64,000 bases of DNA from Camelus dromedarius. Lineage: Eukaryota. Of this stretch, positions 12,440 through 24,080 are shown one piece after another. The notes beneath the pieces are model-generated. The model ran no database searches and had not been told where the DNA came from. It saw only the letters and a list, made by a program, of their open reading frames with translations. Position 1 is the stretch's first letter; the number at the start of each line of letters is the position of its first letter. A program made the position numbers and the translations under genes. The stretch is taken from positions 96,908,001 through 96,972,000 of the forward strand of contig NC_087437.1 of NCBI RefSeq assembly GCF_036321535.1, given 5' to 3'.

Positions 12440-13150
12440 TTGGGCAGCTTCTTTGAAAAAAAAAAAAAGAAAATGAGTTCGCTTGTGAGCCTATTTTTTT
12501 CCCCAAGCCCTTCGCAAACTAATTGCTGCATCGGCAGTACAATAGCAAGGGGAACAGAGCTGAACAGAAGGTTAGGGAAGGCAATCAGACAGCATGCTTC
12601 TGTCTGCACATCCTGTGAGCCAGGATGCCGCCTTATCTCTTGCTGATTGCCCCTGTATACAGCATGTAGCCACCAGTCATTAACTCCTTGAAGAACTCCA
12701 AGTGTAATTTAGAGTTGCCAGTGCAGGCTGCTCCTTCATATAATGGCATCCTAGGCCATTAAACAGTAATTTATATTGTTCTGCTTGAAAAAACGAAGCC
12801 ACTGCGATGTTCTTTTTAAAGAGAAAAAGGAAAAAGAGTAATTTATAGGCATGTAGACAATAAAGGACCTGGGCTACTCAAAAATACTGGCAAGCACAGT
12901 GCACAGAGAAACAGCCACCCTGCATCTAAGGGTACGGGATTCTTTGTGCCTTTTGACACCGAGCAAACTCTAGCCATGCTCTAATGAGGTGCTTTCCTCC
13001 TAACCTATGCGAAGCCACTGACATTTGGCATGTTGGGCGGCTAGATCAAAAGTGGCCTACAAGCATGTATAAATGTTTGACACCCAGGTGCTCGACTGGA
13101 CGTTTTCTTGCTCTCTAAGCAGTTGCCTGATTATTTAAGGATTACCAACA
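12440..13150. promoter_or_regulatory. Putative enhancer / conserved non-coding element
   Basis: TE-free, GC and CpG above background; GATA (TTATCT 12633-12638), T-box-like TGACACC at 12954 and 13078, TAAT cores; conservation not tested. Confidence 0.45.
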
Positions 13151-13549
13151 ACACTGAACATGGAGAAAGGTCCACCTGTACTAATCATTTGCTATAATAG
13201 GATCAGTGTTCTTCCCTCAGGTTCTTTTGATTACCATTGTTAAACTTTCTCTTAGGTCCCCTAGCTTGCTAGAGGAAAAAGACTTATTGAACTGCACTAT
13301 ATCAAAGCTCCTACTATTGAAATATTAGCAGACATTTTTGTGTCTCGAATAATAGATGTTTTTATCCTTAAGAGGTTCAGATAAAGATTACTAAGAAATA
13401 TTTCACTATATAGATGCGCTATATCATTTGTCTTGTTATTATAAATTCATACATAAAGTAGGTATAATATATAATATAAAGAAATAACTTTCATGTCAAA
13501 CTGCTGTAATTTCATAGTCTAATTTCTTGTTATAAAATTTGACACTAAA

Positions 13550-13695
13550 TTGGTATTTGAAGACAGTGCGTTCTAGTCCAAGTCCTCTCTCACTCTGTTA
13601 AATATATAAACTTATACAAGTTAACTTCTCTGAGCCTCAGTGTCCCCCACTGGTAAATAGTTATAACAGATTTGTGAAGAGAGATAAAAAGAACT
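13550..13695 (+). mobile_element. MIR/MIR3
   Basis: ttctagtcc...caagttaacttctctgagcctcagtgtcccccactggtaaat. Confidence 0.7.
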
Positions 13696-14187
13696 TTAAA
13701 AAATATATTTGTTATAGTAAGAGCTAAGTAGGGCAGTCTCAGCTAGCACCGTACACCATTTCAGGTAGAAGCAGGGAGGGGCAGTACTTATGACAATGTG
13801 TTGTGCCGAGTGGAGGTAGACTGCTGAAAAGATGCTTTCCTTTTCTCCCAAATATTTTGCCCTAAGTCCATTTTTATTATTAATATTATTTGCTTGGCAT
13901 AATCTAGGTAACAGATATGAGTTCTTTTTGTTTTTAACCAACACTTCTCTTTTTTATTCCTTCCCTTTTGTTTTACTGGTAATAGAATGGGAATCTTTTG
14001 CAAATAAGGAGGGAGGGTTGGTGAGATAAAAGAAAACTGTTCCTTTAATTCTGTCCTCTACTTGGACTGATTTAAAACAGAAGCCTGATAATCACTTTTT
14101 CAGGTTTGTTCTAAGTTGCTGTCAACATTAGATTTATTTTTATTGCAATTGAGAGTTGCTATCTGGGTGCTTAGTTACCTTCCTGCA

Positions 14188-14230
14188 ATATATATATAAA
14201 TATATATATATATATTTATATATATATTTA
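14188..14230. repeat. Interrupted (TA)n
   Basis: Visible. Confidence 0.9.
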
Positions 14231-14517
14231 CACACACAATACTGGTATCACGAGACTTGTAGAAAGCAAATGACATATGGTTTCTGAAAATAATCTGCTA
14301 ACAATGTAAACAATCAAATATATGCTAATTGCTCTTCTTATCAGACACTTGTCATAGACCTAAATACTTTGGGGGTTTTGGACGTGCAAATATATTATTT
14401 CACACACATTTAGCCAAGTCTCTGCCTTAGTCACTATTGGCTGGTAGGTAAGTCACCAGATTTATCACTCCTGAGGGAGAGTGAAAATGTGTATCTCATT
14501 TACCACTTTTAAATATA

Positions 14518-14738
14518 CAGATGACCAGTGAACAATGCGGGGGTTAGGTGTGCCAACAAAAATCAGAGTATAACTTATTGTTGGCCCTCTGTGTATGTAA
14601 TTCCTCTGTATCTGTGGTTCTGCAACTGATGATTCAACCAACAGTGGACCATGTAGTGCTGTAATATTTACTATTGAAAAAAATCTGTATACAAGCAGAG
14701 GTTCACAGTTCAAACACATGTTGTTCAAGGGTTAAATG
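14518..14738. mobile_element. MER8 (TcMar-Tigger MITE)
   Basis: TIRs cagatgaccagtgaacaa / ttgttcaagggttaaatg flanked by TA on both sides; interior matches recalled MER8 with CpG decay. Confidence 0.85.
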
Positions 14739-14927
14739 TATGTTGAATAAAATGCATGTAGAGCATTTGTGGATACCAAAAGATGAATTTACAATTATAC
14801 TGCAGGAAGTCACATTCAATTTATCATCTAAGGGTTGTGTGGTATCTCCTTCTACATGAGGTTTTAGTGGCTCCTGAAACAAATTTAAACCTTACACTCT
14901 GGAGAAAAATAACCAATAATGCTGTGG

Positions 14928-15265
14928 TAGGCTTTGGCCAACTGTGGCCCATGGGCCAAATCCAGGCAGCCGTCTGTTTTTGTGTGACTCACAAGCTAAA
15001 AAGCTTCTTTTACATTTAGAATGGTTGGAAAAAACTTAAACAAGGTTGCTATTTTGTGACATGTGAAAATTATACAAAATTCAATTTTTAGTGTCCATAA
15101 GTAAAATTGTATTAGGACACTGCTACATCCATTTATTTACATGTTGTCTATGGCTGCTTTCATGCTACAATGGTAGAGTTGAATAATTGTGACAGAGACC
15201 ATGTGGCCCACAAAACCTAAATAATTACAATCTGGCCCTTTACAGAAAAAGTTTTTCTACTCCTG
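14928..15265. mobile_element. MER58B (hAT-Charlie MITE)
   Basis: ggcccatgggccaaatcc...tatggctgctttcatgctacaatggtagagttg...ctggccctttacagaaaaagttt. Confidence 0.92.
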
Positions 15266-16024
15266 GCCTAAGGCATCATTTAAAATTTTAAGACAATTTA
15301 CTAGTCTCCTAGATCAAATAATGGTAGACTATATCTCAGTCATTATGTATACATTGATTGGAAAGACAAAATGGAAAAACGTATATTAGATATGAGAATA
15401 CAGGAGACTAAAATCTTGAAAGCTTTATTTCCCGGAAAATTATGAAAAATAAATGGACAGAATTAAGTTCTACTGATAAGACATATGGGTTTTCCAGCTC
15501 TAATATACATATATGCAAGGTTAAAAAGATAAATGTTAGAGCAGGAATTTGATTGAGACTCACTGATTGGAATTCAATTCGGTGGCTTCCTCCTTCTCCA
15601 TACCTTCTCTAACCCTGACTCTAATGAAAGTAAAAATTTAGAACAAAAATTATTTATAACATTGCTTGTAACAGATCTATATTAATTTAGATGTGAAGAT
15701 CAACAACCTTTTAAGATAAGGCATAATGCCTCCACATATAACTTTCATCAATATGTAGCACTGGTCTATCAGTGGTCACTTAAAAGGCATAATTGTACAT
15801 CAAAAGATTCTGACCAATTAGCATTACGTTCTGACACTCATCAAATGCCCAGGTTTCATCATCTTGAAATATTGACTTTGTAGCAGCCATTTTGGTAGTC
15901 TGTTTCCATTAAAGCCAATTGTTCAAACTAGTAAGAGACATCTAGAAACAATGAGGTAGAGGTGTCCTGTCAATGAGAAGAAATATCTAGGAGCAGGGAG
16001 ATAGCAACATCTTAGTAAATTAAC

Positions 16025-16215
16025 TAATACTAATGTTTCCTGAGCACTTCTCTAGTCCCAGACTCTGTGCTAAGCTCCTTACATACATCATGTCCACTGC
16101 TCCTCGTGACAATCTTATGAAGAAGGTGCTCATAGCATTATCATTGCTACAGAAAGAGGAGCTAAGGAATGGTTACAGATTTTGTTAATCTCAGAACAGG
16201 ATCTGAATTCGAGGA
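16025..16215 (-). mobile_element. MIRb
   Basis: tgagcacttctctagtcccagactctgtgctaagctccttacatacatc...gacaatcttatgaag. Confidence 0.75.
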
Positions 16216-17004
16216 ATTTGTGTGTGGTGTGGAGAGGGAAATTATGACGGGATAGTCTATTCCACTCTCAATCCCTAGGCAAGGTTTGGCTTAGTTGTCA
16301 CCGTAGAACATTTTTGGTGGAGAAGGGTATGGAATTTATAAGAATAGGTGTAATGTTGTGTGCAGGTAGACTGTAAGAATATAATTCTTTCTCAAATAAC
16401 TGGCTCTGAGTTTAGATTATTTCAATTCCTAGAACAATTTGCAATATGAAATGAGTATTGATTTAATGCTAATTTAATTTTATTTGTATTTCTTTTTCAA
16501 ATGAATTACCATCAAACTGTATGTTGCCATTTCAACTACAAGGACACCAGATAGGTATGATTTAAGAAATACATGAGATATGTATAAATACATCTCATAT
16601 ATATTAGATGAGCTGTTAGTGTAATACTTTGCTTTAGGAGGACGTTCTCACTGATGTACTTGGGCCAGGTTTTCTTAATAGCTTAACAAGATAGTCTTAG
16701 GTCAGTGAGGCCTCTGGTTGATTGGTTTTCAGATCCTGAGAATTTCCAGCATATAAACAATTAAAATACAGGCTACTTATTATACAATGTCATGTCAAAT
16801 TTGAAGCTCAGTTTTAATTTTCTGTTGAGATTAAAATAGTAATGGAAGACAAGAGGAAGAGATGGGAGTTTTAAAAGGGATTGAAACTAAAATTAGCCAA
16901 AAATAAAGAGGACAAAGAAAAGAATATGTGCCAACGAAGAAAACATCTCTATAGTGACACAAACTAACACCAGGGTCTCTTTCCTTTAGAACTCAGCCTG
17001 AATG

Positions 17005-17180
17005 AGAGGAAGGGCATGGATTATGGAGCCAAACAGACCCAGGACCAAATCCTTTATAAAGCATGCACTGGCTCTATAACTCTGCACAAATTAGTTAAAG
17101 TCTCTAAATCCTATTTTCTACAAAAGTAAATAGGGAAAAATAACTATCTAACAGGATATATGTTGAAAGAGTATTATGTG
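17005..17180 (+). mobile_element. MIR
   Basis: gggcatggattatggagccaaacagacccagg...gtaaatagggaaaaataac. Confidence 0.65.
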
Positions 17181-17252
17181 ATGTTTCAAATGCAGTTTTT
17201 GAGAATTAGGAGAAACAACAAATATTAACCTATTGCCTTCTGTGAGCTGGTC

Positions 17253-17342
17253 TTGAGATGAGTTAAGGCCATGGGACCCAAGGCCACGATTGGAGCATTG
17301 AGATGAGTTACAGCCGTGGGACCCAAGGCCACGATCAGAGCA
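17253..17342. repeat. Tandem duplication, 2 x 45 bp
   Basis: ttgagatgagttaaggccatgggacccaaggccacgattggagca / ttgagatgagttacagccgtgggacccaaggccacgatcagagca, 40/45 identical. Confidence 0.97.
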
Positions 17343-17682
17343 TGTTTATAGTATGCAGTAAATAATTGCTCCATGCATGCGTCAATTATATAAGATTTAG
17401 AACAAAGAAAATAGAAGTACGCATGTGCTAGAGATATTCTGTAAGCCTAATGAACAAATAAACTCAGACCACGCATGTGCTGACAGAAAACAGATAAAAG
17501 CAGGACAGGTGCATCATAGAGGCACCTCCCTGTGGCAATAAAGTATTGTTAACCCCATGGTGTCTCCAGCTGAAGTCTGTCCAGCAGTATGGCAACTCCT
17601 CGTGCATTTTTTCGTTTGGGCCGCTCACCTCGTAGAACCCCACATCAGCCTCCCTCGGCTGACACCTTCTCTGTGTGCAACC

Positions 17683-17684
<2 letters not shown>

Positions 17685-17714
<30 letters not shown>
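17685..17714. repeat. (TG)15 microsatellite
   Basis: Visible. Confidence 0.97.
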
Positions 17715-17716
<2 letters not shown>

Positions 17717-18034
17717 CTCTGCATTTTCAGTCCCTTCTCTCCCCTTGCTAATATTTCTATTTTTACACCCCCAAATGCTCGTATAATTACCTAAGCACAG
17801 CCATTACAAGAGCTACAAAGAAAAATCTTGAATAGTCAAGCACTTATAAACCCTGATTAGGAATAATAACCATCAGCTGGGTATTTCTAATTCCTATATA
17901 ACATGAACATTTGGGCAACATAACCCATAAAATTCCTTTCCGAGCTAAAATATCTGACTCTTAGAATTATTAGTTAGCTGGGATAAAATAGCAAAACATT
18001 TTGAAGAGAAGACAATATTGTCTTCATATTCACT

Positions 18035-18520
18035 TTTTAAAATTGACAAATATTTACCAAGCACCTGCTTTGCACACCAGACATGAAATTTGCCATGCAG
18101 AAACTTGCAACAGAGTGGTTAAGACAGTCAGTAGTGAAATAATTATTTTACTAAATGTAAAATTGTAACTACAGCAAGTTTTATAAATGAAAGTATAATT
18201 AAAAATTCTATCTGAGACCATAAAGAGAAAGGGTTGATGTAGAAATATCCAGAAGGCTTCACTGAGGAAGAGATCTCAGCTGATATCTGAAAGTTATGAG
18301 GAGAAAGCAGGTGGAGAGAGGCAGAGAAACAAAAGCTTAGGCAAGAGCATGTGGTAAAAGTCACATACTGACTATGAGGAAATGAAAGAAGGACATTATG
18401 ACTAAGAGCAGAGAAATATTACAAGACCGAAGAGGTAAACAGGAGCTTTGTTTGTCTTTTATAGAATGCTAGCCTGAAGGTGGAATAGATGATTTACACC
18501 ACTACGATTTAAGAAGTACT
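18035..18520 (-). mobile_element. L2 3' region
   Basis: gacaaatatttaccaagcacctgctttgc...agaaggcttcactgaggaagagatctcagctgatatctgaaag. Confidence 0.75.
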
Positions 18521-18604
18521 TAAAGATGTTACCATTAACATTCCCTCCCAGATATTTTGCCTCCCCTTCATCCATTTAGTTAATGAACTGTTCCTAATCA
18601 GATG

Positions 18605-19472
18605 CAAGCAATCTTCACTTTGCCTGTTAGTGCAAGACCATGCAAGCTGAAACCATGCAAAACAATTATAATATTAAAGTGGAAAAGTGTGGTGTTTTGA
18701 TAACTGCAAAATTTTGGTCAAAATGCCAAAAACTCTCTTACTCTCAGGTATAAATGTGTAGGGAAATAAAAATAACAATTTTTATTTAAAATACTGGAAA
18801 CATCAAGAATTGAAGCATATTACTTCTTTGTAAAAAGTCCTTATCAAGAGTAGTTTGAAGAGTGGTTGCTTCCTTCTCATCGTGTAACTTGTGATGTGGC
18901 GTGAGTATCTTTGTTGTGTTGTGGTGAGTTGTCATACTCCTTTCTAACTTTGGATCCATTTCCAACATTTCATCTTTCACACTTTCAATGTTGTGAAATA
19001 TCTCTGAGAATTCTTTTAATGTCAAGTGCTTTGTCAGAGCACTTCCTCTGGGATAGCTTCCTCCTTTTCATCACAACCATTTTCCTAATTTATGTTGATA
19101 AGTTCACCTTCCACATTCCTCTCGCTGCATATCTGGAATCTCTTGAACAGTGACTCTTGAATAGTGACAGTGTCACCATTCCCAGGGTGAACTATTTCTT
19201 GTATAATTTCATTTACACTTAGTTAGCTTCACTTCCAGTGTTATCACCTTCATTTCTCTGCTGCACTTTCATCTCTGTCGGCCAGTTCGCTCCTTCAGTT
19301 ATCCACGTTTGCCAGTGCCACGGGGTATCACTGGGGGACAAGGAGTCAATACAAATACATGAGCTGCTGTTGCTGTCTGTGAGCATACTGAATACCAGGT
19401 ATATGGTGACCAGTCACTGACAGGATTTCAAAGAAGTAACTGATTGGCTGCTGAGCATGATGCACATCTGTA
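18605..19472 (-). mobile_element. Tigger DNA transposon relic (Tigger6a-like) with transposase C-terminal remnant
   Basis: Terminus caagcaatcttcactttgc...gaccatgcaagctgaaaccatgcaaa; minus ORF 18786-19025 (TLKEFSEIFHNIESVKDEMLEMDPKLERSM...QTTLDKDF) resembles the pogo/Tigger C-terminal QTTLD-F motif. Confidence 0.8.
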
Positions 19473-21224
19473 TTTGATAACAAGTGTTTCAGGTATTTAC
19501 AATGATCAGGCAAGACTGACGCACACTGTTACAGAAAATGGCAATAATGGGAAAGGAACACTCTAGGGAGAATACACAAGAAACTTTTAGACTCTCTATT
19601 TATGTTTACATGGATATACTTGATCTTTTTCTCCACTCCAACTAAACTGCCATCAATTATCAATAAGTATGATCAACCTTTATGTAAAATCCAGGAGCAT
19701 TTTTACATCATATTAGTATGAATCTAAGATAAGACACATATATGTAATTTTTTTTGGATCAACCTTTAGGAAGAAATAAAATACAAGAAACATCATTAAC
19801 AATCTGGGATATATAATCAGTGAATAGTCAAAGGTATACATAAAATGTTTTGTTTTATGCTTCAGTTTTAGTGTCCATTATATTTGAAACCCAGCTTTGA
19901 TCATTCTGCTCAATTCAGCAGAAATCTCATATTCACTAACTAGTATTTTAAAATTAAAGCCATTTATTCAGCAGATGAGAAATTAGAGTTATTACTTATC
20001 TCATACATAATTCTACCAGTCATCCTGGTAGCAATCATTTCTCTCCATAATATCTCCTTTAAAAAAGTCAATAATCTTTTCACAGTGGATAATAACTTAC
20101 ACAGTGAATGTGAAAAGAGTGTTCAACTCCTTTGTGCAATCAACCCAATGTCTTTTGTTAAGTATGTATGACTTCAAATCAGTGTAAAATGGCAGGCTAG
20201 CAGTTAAACAGTGTGCATTGCTGGATCTAATTAATTCTACTATTTTATGCCAAAAATCCCATTAGTTCCCATTAAAGGTCTTGATGTAGTGCAGGCTCCT
20301 TTATTTTTTGTAGTTGAAACAATCAAACTTCATTTCAAATTAAGGATTACATTGAAGAACTAAAGGAATGCTAGTGTGGCTTTCTAGCACTGAATAAGTT
20401 ACTCACTTTTAACAGAATATTCAGAACATGAGTTACCTGCAAAACAGCTACTATGCAATGCATTGGCAGAAAATTTAAATCCACAGGGAAAAGGCAGCTG
20501 GTAAAAGGCAGTTAAGGAGTCTGCCCTTATGTGTTAGAATTTTATGATAATATTATAATCTGCCATTGAAAATGAAAGTTTCACTAGGGTTATTGGAAAT
20601 GTTGGAAGTAGCAGTGTAGCCAAACTTAATATTATTCTTGAGATTTAAACCTCTGCTATATATGCTCGTGTAAAGATGCCACATACTAATACTTTCACAG
20701 TCCCTTTTCTGGTCAGTAAACAATGCTTATTACATACACACTATGTATAAAGCATCACCATCACTATGTGATGACAAATAGATCATTTATTCACTTAGGG
20801 AATGAACCATGAAAAAGAAAAATGGCAAATCTCCGTCTGCTCCCAAAGACTATGAAGAATTCAGGACACTTTCTAGTGGATATCAAGGATGTTTCCTTTT
20901 CTAGTTTAACTTTTTTTTTTTTTTTTTTGATTGGCACCAACTTTCTTTGTATTTGGCCTGGTGGTCAAAACAATATTTATTTATATAAGATAATCACAAT
21001 TATAATCTATAACAGATAAATTTCAGTTCTTACTTCAGAGCTCTTTAAATACACTGATAAAATGCTTCACATCTATATTTTACAGCCATAGGCTTATTTT
21101 TTATTAATTAATCAATCATCAAGCATCATCTGAAAACCCACTATTAAGTAAGACTTCATATTAGTAGTTGGGACTAACATTAGTATAAAGTTACTATAAC
21201 TTCAATCAAGAGGAGTTTCTTCAA

Positions 21225-21355
21225 GATAGTTTATAACTGCAGAGAGTCCAAAATTTTGAACATTTGTGCACATTCGTGGTTTTCTTTGGAGGAGAAGATC
21301 CCTAGCTTCAGTCAGAATCTTGGAATGTATGTTCTGTTAAGGCTGAGAAACAGTC
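21225..21355. mobile_element. hAT-Charlie MITE fragment (subfamily uncertain)
   Basis: ttctttggaggagaagatccctagcttcagtcagaatct...aaggctgagaaacagt. Confidence 0.45.
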
Positions 21356-21943
21356 TTCTGGATTGAGGGATATAAAAAAGCTACACTAAATATTACATTG
21401 GATTACATGAATTATACAGAGCCTGAGAACAAAAGTTTAATCGTAAGACAATCTTAAATGCATACATAGATAAAATATACTATTACCCCTGTTTTCTATG
21501 TATTTAGGAGATAAATGTATTTTTATATTTAATACACTACAGTGATAACTAAAATTCCTATTTCATTTTTATATTTCACTTAGGCTTAAATTCTTAAGCT
21601 ATAGAAAATAATTTGGAGACCTAGTTAACATGACTGAACAATAGCATAAATCTACTCCACGAAATGGATTTTGCCAAAAGATCAATATTTTCATCAATAC
21701 TTCTTTCTGAAAAGATGTTAATTTTATGGATGAAATTAAGTTCAATTGGTTCTAAAGAAAAACCTAAGATATTAATAAGGTCTATCTTTAGTATTTTCTC
21801 TGCAACTGTGGTAAAACGAACTTACCCATTTCTAAATACAGTTAAGTTACCAATAAAAAGACTGAAGTACATAAAACTTAATTTTAGATTTCACTTCATG
21901 TTTTCTTTTGTCCACCTACTTTTTGTCAATTACATTTTAAATC

Positions 21944-22005
21944 TCTTATAAAATAAATTTAATATCTAATAGCTTCTTATAAAATAAATTTAATATCTAA
22001 TAACT
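21944..22005. repeat. Tandem duplication, 2 x 31 bp
   Basis: tcttataaaataaatttaatatctaatagct / tcttataaaataaatttaatatctaataact, 30/31 identical. Confidence 0.96.
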
Positions 22006-24033
22006 ACAGGCTTATTCATAATTTATACATCATATTCTGCAAATTAGGGGGAATTCTTTTGAAGAGTTTGGAAATAGTTTCTTTTTTGCAGTCTTTCCAA
22101 TAATTATATATAGGTTCCAACTGCAGAATATTAATAAACCTGGGTAAAACAATAATACCTACTCTATTTTCATATATGCACAGTAGGTATTAGGTACTGA
22201 ACAGAATTACATATAGACAGGGGAAATTTTGTTTCTTAATTAATAACCACAAAAAATTTTGATTATTTTTTCATTTTAGAGAAGGATGTTTTTAGAAAAC
22301 TTTGACTCTTTTCATAGTTTTCTCTAGATATTTTATATCAATTCCATTTTTTCCCCAAAAATTTGATTTTGATCAAGAATACCAAAGGGAATCCAATTCA
22401 TCCCAAAACTCTGGATGAATTACATCTTTTCTTGTATTTTGACTCTTTATGCTAGCTTTGCATCAAAATCTCTCAATTATTTCGTAACGTTTTTGACTCA
22501 TAATAAAAGTTTATCTTTACAATTACTACTTCTCAGGAAAAAGGATATTCTAATTCCCAAGGTTTTTCAATTTCTAATTGAATGCAAAAAATAATGAAGT
22601 TTAAGCAGCCACAGAATATACTGTTTTTAGAGACTATGGAAGATTTCTTTTAATTCAAATTATACCTTCTCTTCATAACCAAAAACAAAGCCTCCTTTCT
22701 ATCCACCACTGAGCTTGACTATCCTTCTCTTCCTCACTCCTGCTAACTGGGGGTTTCTGGTAGTTTTATAGCTTGACTGTTTAAAGGGGCTACAAGTACC
22801 AATTTAAAGGAATGAGAAAAAATCATGATTTACATCAGGTCTTATCTTTTAAAAATGTGATTTAGCAGAAAATAGAAAGATTTACACTAAGATATAGTAT
22901 GAATTAAAACAAGGTAAAAATTATGTCTGTACCTTTCTTTCAAACAAATAAGAAGGAAGTTACCAGGTGGGATCTTTCTCCTAACGCTGATATTCTATGA
23001 TTATAAAATCATTTTTATACTTAAAAGCAGAATAAATAATCATTTAGTTGTTATGCCAGGACCAAGGAATCAGATTTTTCAAATTAGAGCATTAGAGTTA
23101 ACTTTATATTTTTAACTGATTATTCACAAATGCATTGGTAACACAAAATTCACTTATGAATTCCAGAATTATATATAAGCTATAGAGTAAATCCATTGGA
23201 TGATGATTCATTCATTTCAAAGAAGATACAATAATCTGAATTGTGTTTTTGTTTTAGCATCTGAACATATTTTCAGCTTTCTCAATTATCCAATGTCTTG
23301 AAGTCCCACTGAAAGAACAACTACATCAGCCACGTGTCTCAAAAAGGAGCACCTCTGTACCAGCCTAGAAAGCAATCAATATTTGTTCAAACTTTCCATG
23401 AAAAATGTCCAATGGGAAAAAATTCACAGCTTCAATGCCTTAATTGGTAATTCATTACTTATGTTATTGTGATCCCCATCTTTGATTTAAGACAAAATAA
23501 ATTCAGTATCTTTGTATTCTGCCCAGGGTTATTTTACAAGCTTCTTCCCCTATTCTTTTTTGATTGCTCTTAAGATCTCTATTTAATCATAGAATCTAAA
23601 TCTGGTCTCAATACTCTAAAAATATCCAACTAAGACTATACATAAAATACATACAAGAACATGAGTCTCTCTATAGATAGATAGACAGATACAGATATAT
23701 GGGTATGTGCATTTTATATAGCAATGTTTATTTCAAAGATGAAATTTCATTGTGTTATAGGATTAAAAATTTAATCTTGAAAAATATCCTCAAATTTGAA
23801 GACCTTCACAGATAATAAGGTCCAAATAATGACTCAAGAGTGGCATATGTTAATGAAAAGGCAGTAAAAACCAAAGTAGAATGCTAAGGAATATACATAC
23901 GGAAATCTCATCATTAAGTTCAGATAAAAGCTAATATATGTGAGGAAGGAATAAAATATATCTGTCAAATATAGTTGATTGACCTAGTCTTGGAAGTTCC
24001 CAAGAACAAGGTCATTCATGAAATCACAATTTC

Positions 24034-24080
24034 AAAAAAAAAAAAAAAAAAAAAGAAAGAAAGAAAAGAAAAAAAAGAAA
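24034..24080. repeat. Poly(A)/(GAAA)n tract
   Basis: About 21 A followed by gaaa units; no attached retroelement body recognised. Confidence 0.95.

Noticed and set aside
12296..12646. 116-aa ORF overlapping the hairpin block
   Set aside because: Non-ATG start, poly-Lys from an A-run, no recognisable domain or convincing splice frame
17253..17342. CRISPR-like array from direct repeats
   Set aside because: Two adjacent copies without spacers, in mammalian DNA, with no cas genes
18786..19025. Transposase-like ORF as a domesticated TIGD-type gene
   Set aside because: Only a short C-terminal remnant within a decayed Tigger; no DDE or HTH domain in frame
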